From: Acidimicrobiaceae bacterium
GTDB lineage: Bacteria; Actinomycetota; Acidimicrobiia; Acidimicrobiales; Bog-793
DNA: 60,915 nt
Assembly: GCA_003139355.1 (NCBI GenBank)
Contig: PLIM01000174.1
Coordinates: 1 to 60,915 of the forward strand
Direction of reading: 5' to 3'
The notes under the pieces are model-generated. The model saw nothing but the letters and a program-made list of their open reading frames with translations. It ran no database searches and was not told where the DNA came from. The position numbers and the translations under genes were made by a program. This document shows, in pieces, positions 53,302 through 60,915 of the stretch; within the stretch, counting starts at the first letter, position 1, and every line of letters begins with the position of its first letter.

Positions 53302-55092
53302 TCAGCCCAGGCGCGTGTGGAGCCCCTCGAGTTGGTCGGTGAGGGCGGGCGGTAGCCGATCCTCGAACCGCGCGAAGTACTCGGTTATGGAGGGCAGCTC
53401 CGCCAGCCACTCGTCGCTGTCGACTCGCAGCAGCTCGGTCATGTCCTCCTCGGAGACATCCAGCCCTTCGGTGTCGATCGTGCCTGGTGCCGGCAGATAG
53501 CCGATTGGAGTCTCGACGACCTCGCCGCGGCCCACGCAGCGCTCGAAGACCCACTCGAGCACGCGGGAGTTCTCCCCAAAGCCGGGCCACAAGAAGCGCC
53601 CGTCCGCGGCTTTCCGGAACCAGTTGACATAGAAGACCCTGGGCAGCTTCGCCTCGTCGATCCGGTCCCGGAGCGACAGCCAGTGGGTCCAGTAGTCGGC
53701 CATGTTGTAGCCGCAGAACGGCAGCATCGCGAATGGGTCACGTCTCAGTTCGCCTACGGCGCCCGTGGCAGCGGCCGTGGTCTCCGAAGCCATGATCGAG
53801 CCCAGGAAGACGCCGTGTGTCCAGTCGAAAGCCTCGTGGACGAGCGGGACGACCGAAGCGCGCCTGCCGCCGAAGAGGATGGCCGAGATCGGAACACCAT
53901 TCGGGTCCTCCCACTCGGTCGCGATAGCCGGATCCTGGCTGGCTGGAACGGTGAAGCGTGAATTCGGGTGCGCTGCGGGCGTTGGCGTCTCTGGCGTCCA
54001 CTCATTGCCCCGCCAGTCGGTGCAATGCGCCGGAGGCTCTGTGGTCAGGCCCTCCCACCAGACGTCACCGTCGTCGGTGAGCGCGGTGTTCGTGAAGATG
54101 CAGTTGGCCGCCAGTGTGAGCACCGCATTCGGGTTGGTCACCATGTTCGTGCCGGGCGCCACGCCGAAGAAACCAGCCTCCGGATTGATCGCCCGGAGCA
54201 TCCCGTCCGGCCCGACCTTCATCCAACAGATGTCGTCCCCGATCGTCTCGACCTTCCAGCCCGGAATCGTCGGGACGAGCATGGCGAGATTTGTCTTGCC
54301 GCAGGCCGAAGGGAAGGCCCCGGCCATGTAGCTGACCACACCGGCAGGCGAGGTCAGCTTCAAGATCAGCATGTGCTCTGCGATCCAGCCTTCGTCGCGC
54401 CCAATCACCGACGCGATCCGCAGCGCAAAGCACTTCTTGCCCAACAGGGCATTGCCCCCGTAGCCGGAACCGAAGGACCAGATCTCACGCGTCTCGGGGA
54501 AGTGGCTGATGTAGATGTGCTCAGGGTTGCAGGGCCACGCCACGTCGTGCTGTCCGGCATCGAGAGGGGCACCGACCGAGTGCAGGCACGGAACGAACCC
54601 ACCGTCATCGCCTATTACCTCGAGCGCCCCCGCGCCCATCCTCGTCATGATGCGCATGTTCACGACCACATACGGCGAGTCGGTGATCTCAACGCCGACA
54701 TGCGCGATGGGAGATCCGAGCGGACCCATGCAGAAAGGCACGACGTACATGGTCCGGCCCCGCATCGCCCCCCGGAACAACTCCGTCAAGGTCGCGCGCA
54801 TCTCGCTAGGGTCAACCCAGTTGTTGTTAGGGCCAGCGTCCTTCGGATTCCTCGGGCATACAAAGGTACGGTCCTCGACACGGGCAACGTCGGCCGGGTC
54901 CGAGTGGGCCCAGTAGCTGTTGGGGCGCTTTGCATCCGACAGCCTCGTGAATGTCCCCCGGTCCACGAGCAGCCCACAGAGCCGTTCGTACTCGTCAGCC
55001 GAACCGTCGCACCACTCGACCCGGTCGGGCTGAGTGAGGGCAGCGACATCGTCCACCCAGTCAAGAAGCTTGCGGTTGCGAGTCTCTGTCAT
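53302..55092 (-). CDS. pckG: Phosphoenolpyruvate carboxykinase (GTP)
   Basis: FPSACGKTN kinase motif, GDDICWM, and [21 protein letters not shown] 55092 ([12 protein letters not shown]) is preferred over 55164. Confidence 0.95.
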   Translation of the reverse strand: MTETRNRKLLDWVDDVAALTQPDRVEWCDGSADEYERLCGLLVDRGTFTRLSDAKRPNSYWAHSDPADVARVEDRTFVCPRNPKDAGPNNNWVDPSEMRATLTELFRGAMRGRTMYVVPFCMGPLGSPIAHVGVEITDSPYVVVNMRIMTRMGAGALEVIGDDGGFVPCLHSVGAPLDAGQHDVAWPCNPEHIYISHFPETREIWSFGSGYGGNALLGKKCFALRIASVIGRDEGWIAEHMLILKLTSPAGVVSYMAGAFPSACGKTNLAMLVPTIPGWKVETIGDDICWMKVGPDGMLRAINPEAGFFGVAPGTNMVTNPNAVLTLAANCIFTNTALTDDGDVWWEGLTTEPPAHCTDWRGNEWTPETPTPAAHPNSRFTVPASQDPAIATEWEDPNGVPISAILFGGRRASVVPLVHEAFDWTHGVFLGSIMASETTAAATGAVGELRRDPFAMLPFCGYNMADYWTHWLSLRDRIDEAKLPRVFYVNWFRKAADGRFLWPGFGENSRVLEWVFERCVGRGEVVETPIGYLPAPGTIDTEGLDVSEEDMTELLRVDSDEWLAELPSITEYFARFEDRLPPALTDQLEGLHTRLG

Positions 55093-55190
55093 TGTGCGAT
55101 CGTAGGCGAGCATTCGGCATGCTCCCAAATCGCCCGGCCACGCTTGCCCGGCGGATCGCGCCACCCTTTGGCGAAGTAGCGTCCGGACTT

Positions 55191-56171
55191 ATGTCAGGTA
55201 CCAACGGCGAAATCGCCGCGATCGAGAGCATCCGGCGTGGCTTGCCGCAACCACCCGACGGTGAGACCTGGATCGGCGACGATGCCGCGGTGGTTGCCGG
55301 GCCCGGAGGCGAGTCTCTGCTCCTCGCAGCCGACACCGTGGTCGAAGGCGTGCACTTCGACCTCGACCTCGTCGACGCGGCGGACGTGGGCTGGAAGGCG
55401 CTGGCCGTCAACGTGAGCGACATCGCTGCGATGGGCGGACGACCCCTGCACGCGCTTGTGACGGTCGTGGGCGCAAGTGCTGCCATGATCGACGCCCTGA
55501 CTCGCGGCCTCGCCGAGGCCGCAGCGGCCTACGAGTGCGCCATCGTCGGCGGCGACCTCTCCTCCGGTCCGTGTCTTGTCGTCTCGGTGGCCGTCACCGG
55601 TACCACGGGGGGTCGGGAAGCGATTCTTCGCTCCAATGCCCGCCCGGGCGACCTGCTGTTCGTTACCGGGACCCTCGGCCGGTCGGCAGCGGGGCTCAGG
55701 GCCTTGCGAGCCCAGGCAGGCCGTGGCGCGACAGCGCAGGCAGGTCTCACAGGGATGGCGCAACCGGCCTGCGTCCCGGCGGCGCCCCCGGAGCTTGCCG
55801 CCGCCTACCGGCGACCCGTCGCTCGCGTAGCCGAGGGACTGGCAGCTTCGACAGGCGGGGCGACGGCGATGATCGACGTCTCGGACGGGCTCGGGATCGA
55901 TCTCGACCGCCTTGCGACTGCTTCGGGGGTCGGCGTCCTGGTTGACGCGGTCCCGACGGCGGAGGGGGCGACTCGTGACGACGCTCTGGCTGGCGGCGAG
56001 GATTACGAGCTTGTCTTCGCTGCCCGTGAACCCGGCGCGGTCGCGAGGGCGTTCGAGGCCGCGAGTCTACGGCCGCCCATCCGGATAGGCGTGTGCGTCT
56101 CGGACCCAAGGCTGCGGCGCATCGGCGACGAGCCTTTGCCTGCTTCGGGGTGGGAGCACCGCCTCCGCTGA
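55191..56171 (+). CDS. thiL: Thiamine-monophosphate kinase
   Basis: IGDDAAVV, LLLAADTVVEGVHF, WKALAVNVSDIAAMGG and GGEDYELVF. ATG 55191 is preferred. Confidence 0.9.
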   Translation: MSGTNGEIAAIESIRRGLPQPPDGETWIGDDAAVVAGPGGESLLLAADTVVEGVHFDLDLVDAADVGWKALAVNVSDIAAMGGRPLHALVTVVGASAAMIDALTRGLAEAAAAYECAIVGGDLSSGPCLVVSVAVTGTTGGREAILRSNARPGDLLFVTGTLGRSAAGLRALRAQAGRGATAQAGLTGMAQPACVPAAPPELAAAYRRPVARVAEGLAASTGGATAMIDVSDGLGIDLDRLATASGVGVLVDAVPTAEGATRDDALAGGEDYELVFAAREPGAVARAFEAASLRPPIRIGVCVSDPRLRRIGDEPLPASGWEHRLR

Positions 56172-56214
56172 GCGCGTGGCGCAGGTGAGCGTGCCGCTCT
56201 ACCGAGCATGCGGC

Positions 56215-56433
56215 TCAGGCCGGGTGCTCGGCGAGGATCCGCCGCGGCGGCTTGACGACCCTGCCCGCACGGATGCACGAGGTGCACACGTTCAGGTGGG
56301 TCGGGGTCCCGTTCACCAGCGCGCGAACGCGCTGGATGTTCGGGTCCCACCGGCGCTTGGTGCGCCGATGGGAGTGGGACACGTTCATCCCGAAGCCCGG
56401 GTGCTTCCCACAGATCTCGCATACGGCTGCCAC
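56215..56433 (-). CDS. rpmB: 50S ribosomal protein L28
   Basis: (M)[41 protein letters not shown] from GTG 56433. The upstream part of the ORF was rejected. Confidence 0.9.
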   Translation of the reverse strand: MAAVCEICGKHPGFGMNVSHSHRRTKRRWDPNIQRVRALVNGTPTHLNVCTSCIRAGRVVKPPRRILAEHPA

Positions 56434-56557
56434 GTTGACGCGTTCCTCGAGAGAGAGTTCCTGCAAATGGACGAAGGGTGACGTTAGCATCCATTGGAAT
56501 GGCGCCGTGCGAGACTGACCCGCGACCACCGGTTCCGCCAGGCCGCGTTGTGAACCG

Positions 56558-58366
56558 GTGACCGGTCAGCCCGCAGAAGCCGATCTCGCTGCCGGTCTGA
56601 CTCCCGAGCGCCTCGTGAAGGTCATGCGCGCCTTTTCCGAGGGTTTGGAGCGCCACCGTAGCGTCGTGAACCGGCTGAACGTCTATCCGGTCCCCGATGG
56701 CGACACCGGCACGAACATGGCTCTCACTGTCGAGAGCGTGGTCAAAGCTCTGGACGGCCTGGACCTCGAGACCGCGGACGGTGGCGCGATGGGCGCCGCA
56801 TGCCGGGCCATCGCGAGCGGGTCGCTCATGGGGGCACGAGGCAACTCGGGAGTCATCCTCTGTCAGATCCTCCGCGGTATCTCGGGCACGTTCGCTCCCT
56901 GCCATGTGGTCGGGGCACACGAGGCCGCTGTCGCCCTCTCAGAGGGCAGCGCGGCAGCGCGAGCCGGGGTCATGCGCCCCGTCGAAGGCACGATGCTGAC
57001 CGTCGCCGCCGACGCGGCAGCAGCAGCGCGGCAGGTCGACGAGAGCACCGGTGGGGACTTGCTGGAGGTATTCGAGGCGGCGAGGGAAGCCGCCGTCTCG
57101 TCGCTGTGGCGCACGCCCGAGCTGTTGCCGGTGCTCGCGCAGGCCGGTGTGGTCGACGCAGGCGGGGCGGGCCTCGTGCTGCTGTACGACGCCTTCCTGC
57201 ACGTGCTCGACGGGCGGCCCACCGCCGATCGCCTGCCATTGCCTCCCGAGGTCGCCGACAAGGTCGCCCGTGGCTTTGCAGGTGACCTCTCCACCCAGAT
57301 CGCAGGCGGCTTCGCCGGTGCGAGCCGCGGCGCGGCCGGGCAGGACGCATCAGATCACGACGGCCCGAGGGTCCGGCCCGCAAGCTCGGCCAACGGCGAA
57401 GCCGCGGGTGGGGCAGGCGTGCGTTACGAGGTCATGTACTTCCTCGAGGCTCCCGACGAGACGCTCGGGGCGTTCAAGAGCGTCTGGGCGGGTATCGGTG
57501 ACTCGATCGTCGTCGTCGGCGGCGACGGCCTGTGGAACTGCCACATACACACTGACGACATCGGGGCGGCACTCGAAGCGGCACTCGACGTAGGGCGCCC
57601 ACGCGACATACGCGTCACCGACCTGCTCGACCAGGTTGAGGAGGAGTCGTGGGTGCGCCGCGCGGCCGAGCTCGACACCGGCGCAGCGCCGAGCGTCGAG
57701 GAGCCTGCGCCGGTGACCTCAGTCGTCGCCGTGGCGACGGGCGACGGGATCCGCCGCATCTTCTACTCGCTCGGTGTCCACCACATCGTGGCCGGGGGGC
57801 AGTCGATGAACCCGTCCACTGCACAGATCCTCGAGGTCGTCGAGTCCGTCCCGGGTGCCGAGGTGGTGATCCTCCCTAACAACAAGAACATCGTGGCTGT
57901 GGCCGAACAGGCGTGCGAGCTGTCGCGCAGGCCGGCGTTCGTCGTCGAGACCTCCGGCATCCAGGAGGGCTTTGCCGCACTCCTCGAGTACGACCCTGGG
58001 GCCACCGGCGAGGAGAACGCAAGCGCCATGCAGGCGGCCGCCGGCCGGGTGCGCGCGGGGGAGGTGACCCGAGCAGTCCGCGCGAGTGACTCGGCGGCCG
58101 GCCGTATCGAGGCCGGGGACTGGATTGGGCTCTCGCGCAGCGGGATCGAGTCGGTCGCCGGAACGCTCCCGGAGGCCACCTGTGGCCTTATCGGCAAGCT
58201 GCTCAATGACGGCGACGAGATCGTGACCCTGATCGAGGGAGCGGGCGCGACCTCGGCCGATACCCGGCGAGTCACCGAGTGGCTGCACGAGCATCGGCCG
58301 GGCATATCCCTCGAGCTGCACCGCGGGGGCCAGCCGCTCTACCCGTTCCTCGTCTCGGTCGAGTGA
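56558..58366 (+). CDS. DAK2-domain fusion protein (YloV family)
   Basis: [25 protein letters not shown], and a C-terminal DegV-like/YloV region. It sits in the conserved rpmB-divergent, recG-upstream position. Confidence 0.9.
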   Translation: MTGQPAEADLAAGLTPERLVKVMRAFSEGLERHRSVVNRLNVYPVPDGDTGTNMALTVESVVKALDGLDLETADGGAMGAACRAIASGSLMGARGNSGVILCQILRGISGTFAPCHVVGAHEAAVALSEGSAAARAGVMRPVEGTMLTVAADAAAAARQVDESTGGDLLEVFEAAREAAVSSLWRTPELLPVLAQAGVVDAGGAGLVLLYDAFLHVLDGRPTADRLPLPPEVADKVARGFAGDLSTQIAGGFAGASRGAAGQDASDHDGPRVRPASSANGEAAGGAGVRYEVMYFLEAPDETLGAFKSVWAGIGDSIVVVGGDGLWNCHIHTDDIGAALEAALDVGRPRDIRVTDLLDQVEEESWVRRAAELDTGAAPSVEEPAPVTSVVAVATGDGIRRIFYSLGVHHIVAGGQSMNPSTAQILEVVESVPGAEVVILPNNKNIVAVAEQACELSRRPAFVVETSGIQEGFAALLEYDPGATGEENASAMQAAAGRVRAGEVTRAVRASDSAAGRIEAGDWIGLSRSGIESVAGTLPEATCGLIGKLLNDGDEIVTLIEGAGATSADTRRVTEWLHEHRPGISLELHRGGQPLYPFLVSVE

Positions 58367-60732
58367 GCGGAGCGGCGGGAGGCCGCACGTTGCGGTTTCT
58401 CGGGAACAAGGGCGTGATCGAGCTGCGCAGCGTCAAAGCGCGCAAAGCCGCGGGCCTCGAGTCGATGGGCATCGAAACGGTGCTGGACCTGCTGATGCAC
58501 TACCCACGTCGCTACATCGACCGCCGGCATCAGTCCGAGATCGCCGCGCTCGCCGAGAACGACGAGGCGATGGTGACCGCAACGGTGCGACGCGTGTCGG
58601 CTCGCCGCACCAGCCGCGGCAAGCCGATGGTGCAAGCTGTCGTCGAGGACGCCACCGGGCAGCTCACCATCGTGTTCTTCAACCAGCCTTGGCGGGTCCG
58701 CCAATTGGCGATCGGCTTGGAGGTCGTCGTCTTCGGCCGCACAGAGATCTACCGGGGCGGCCGCCAGATGACCAACCCGGTCGTGGACCTCGTCGGCGAC
58801 CAGACGGGCCGTCTCGTGCCCGTGTACCCGCAGTCGGGAAAGGCCAAGATCGGCTCGCCCGAGATCGCCTCGTATGTCGCCGAGGCGCTGGAACGCACGG
58901 GGCGACTGGCAGAGGTCCTGCCACCGCAGGTGATCGACGAGCTCAGCCTGGCTGGACGCACGGAGGCGTTCCGGGGGATACACGCCCCCGAGAGCTTCGA
59001 GGAGAAAGACGTCGCCAGGCGCCGCCTCGCCTTCGACGAGCTGCTGAGGCTCCAGCTCATCCTCGTCATGAAGAAACGTGCCGCCGCGACCCAAGCCCCC
59101 GGGATCCCTCACGTCGTCACGCCGGGCTTCGGCAAGGCGAGCCTCGTCGACGAATTCCTCGGGCGCCTGCCGTTCCGGCTGACCGGAGCCCAAGACAGGG
59201 CGATCCGGGAGGTGGCCGCTGATCTCGCCGCTTCGCACCCGATGCACCGCCTCCTGCAGGGCGACGTCGGCGCCGGCAAGACGGTCGTGGCACTGGCGAG
59301 CCTTCTTTACGGTGTGCAGGGCGGCCATCAGGGCGCCCTCATGGTCCCGACAGAAGTGCTCGCCGAGCAGCACTACCTTGCCGCTCGCAACTTCCTGGCC
59401 GGGTTGGAGGTCACAGACAGCGCCCACATAGGAGGGGCGCGCCCGCTCGAGGTCGCACTGCTCACGAACCGGACCACCGGAGGCGAACGGGCGAAGATCC
59501 AAGCCGATCTATTGGACGGGAGCCTGGACCTCGTCGTGGGCACGCACGCCTTGTTGACAGACAACATCCGTTTCCGCTCGCTCGGAGTCGTTGTGATCGA
59601 CGAGCAGCACCGATTCGGCGTCGAGCAGCGGGCGGCACTGAGGGAGAAGGGCCCCGCGACCGTCGCCGGCGATGGCACCGGCGCGGGTGAAGGCCCAAGC
59701 GGGACTCCCGAGGCCGAGCAGGGCTCCCGGCACCCTGACGTGCTCGTGATGACCGCGACCCCAATCCCGCGCACCGCCGCGATGACGGTCTACGGCGACC
59801 TCGACCAGACTGTCCTGGACGAGCTGCCGGTCGGGCGGACGCCGGTGACCACCGCTTGGCTGAACGGGCCCGACGAGTACGCCTCTGCGTGGCAGCGGGT
59901 GCGCAAGGAGATCACGGCCGGCCACCAGGCCTATGTCATCTGCCCGCTCGTGGGCGGGGGACAACCCGAGGACGAGGAGCCCGAACCCCCGCAGGCGGCA
60001 CGCAAGCCCGAGGACTACGAGACCGAGGACTACGAGCCGGAGCCTCATCGCGAGGCCGGGCGCGTCCGGACCCCGACGCTGCCCATCGCCGGCCTCGGCC
60101 TCGGGGCCGAGGAGACCCCCAGGCAACCGCCGAAATCGGTCGTGGAGGAGCATGCGCGGCTTTCCTCCGGCGAGCTCGCCGGGTTCGCTGTCGGGCTGCT
60201 CCACGGGCAGCTTGCCTCGAAGGAGAAGGAGCTCACGATGGCCGCCTTCCGGCGCGGCGAGCTGCAGGTGCTCGTTGCCACGACGGTCATAGAGGTCGGC
60301 GTCGACGTGGCGAACGCGACCGTGATGGTGATCGAGGACGCGGACCGCTTCGGCATTGCCCAGCTCCATCAGCTCCGGGGCAGAGTCGGCCGCGGAATTG
60401 ACAGGTCGTGGTGCTACCTCTTGGCCGAGGCCGTGACCGATGGGGCGGAAAGGCGACTGCGCGCTCTCGAGGCTTCCAGCGACGGGTTCGAGCTGGCAGA
60501 GGTCGACCTCGAGCTTCGGGGCGAGGGCACCGTCTTCGGGATACGGCAGAAGGGCAGGAGCGATCTGCGCCTCGCGTCGCTTCGCCGGGACAAGTCGCTG
60601 GTCCGGGCGGCCCGGCGGGTGGCCGAGGCGATCGTCGACGAGGACCCGACTCTCGAGGCGCACCCGCTGCTCGCAGACGAGGTCCACTTGTTCGTGGCCG
60701 AGGAGTCCGAGGAATTCGTCCTGAAGGGCTGA
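58363..60732 (+). CDS. recG: ATP-dependent DNA helicase RecG
   Basis: Wedge domain (YPRRYIDR), GDVGAGKT, DEQHRFGV, MTATPIPRT and QLHQLRGRVGRG. The GTG start overlaps the yloV stop (GTGA). It carries low-complexity insertions. Confidence 0.9.
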   Translation: MSGAAGGRTLRFLGNKGVIELRSVKARKAAGLESMGIETVLDLLMHYPRRYIDRRHQSEIAALAENDEAMVTATVRRVSARRTSRGKPMVQAVVEDATGQLTIVFFNQPWRVRQLAIGLEVVVFGRTEIYRGGRQMTNPVVDLVGDQTGRLVPVYPQSGKAKIGSPEIASYVAEALERTGRLAEVLPPQVIDELSLAGRTEAFRGIHAPESFEEKDVARRRLAFDELLRLQLILVMKKRAAATQAPGIPHVVTPGFGKASLVDEFLGRLPFRLTGAQDRAIREVAADLAASHPMHRLLQGDVGAGKTVVALASLLYGVQGGHQGALMVPTEVLAEQHYLAARNFLAGLEVTDSAHIGGARPLEVALLTNRTTGGERAKIQADLLDGSLDLVVGTHALLTDNIRFRSLGVVVIDEQHRFGVEQRAALREKGPATVAGDGTGAGEGPSGTPEAEQGSRHPDVLVMTATPIPRTAAMTVYGDLDQTVLDELPVGRTPVTTAWLNGPDEYASAWQRVRKEITAGHQAYVICPLVGGGQPEDEEPEPPQAARKPEDYETEDYEPEPHREAGRVRTPTLPIAGLGLGAEETPRQPPKSVVEEHARLSSGELAGFAVGLLHGQLASKEKELTMAAFRRGELQVLVATTVIEVGVDVANATVMVIEDADRFGIAQLHQLRGRVGRGIDRSWCYLLAEAVTDGAERRLRALEASSDGFELAEVDLELRGEGTVFGIRQKGRSDLRLASLRRDKSLVRAARRVAEAIVDEDPTLEAHPLLADEVHLFVAEESEEFVLKG

Positions 60733-60915
60733 CGGGAGGGGAGCACGCAAGGAGGAGATCGAGGACGGTCAAGAGCGCGTGATCGCGGCAATGACTGTCT
60801 TGCAGCTAGAGGTCCCGCCTTCACACTCGATTGACCTCGCGCTCAAAGGACTGGTCACCGCGCTGAATCTCATGGTGGCTGACGCACAAAGCGTGACTAG
60901 GTGCGCGGGTCCGAA

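Overview
High-GC (about two-thirds G+C by eye, not computed) actinobacterial-type chromosomal segment, densely coding on both strands, with about 55 supportable genes. Most of it is ordinary core content. This includes a suf Fe-S assembly operon (sufB, small Cys ORF, sufD, Rieske, sufC), GTP-PEP carboxykinase, and thiL. It also includes the conserved rpmB / DAK2(yloV) / recG block, fumC, a Pat-type GNAT plus NDP-forming acyl-CoA synthetase, FadD, oligopeptidase B and rmlC. Also present are an NlpC/P60 hydrolase, four MFS transporters, and MarR/TetR/LuxR regulators. I found no rRNA, intact tRNA, CRISPR array or intact mobile element. Only the left end (1-4.5 kb) looks accessory. It holds a secreted repeat protein with a nearly perfect 570-bp tandem duplication and a LuxR-family regulator. 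Next to these lies a scar made of a tRNA 3-prime fragment, an integrase fragment and a frameshifted GNAT gene. The most unusual locus is a [NiFe]-cofactor maturation cluster (hypC-hypD convergent with SIS::HypC-fusion, hypE, hypF). It has no hydrogenase subunits, hypA/hypB or maturation protease anywhere in the 60 kb. Other candidates are a 4-Cys small ORF between sufB and sufD, a DoxX::Rieske (bc1-type motifs) fusion, and a 550-bp gap with no convincing gene. I cannot show that any of these is a new system. All family calls come from motif recognition by eye and need HMM or BLAST confirmation. Many long ORFs in the track are high-GC shadow frames and were rejected.
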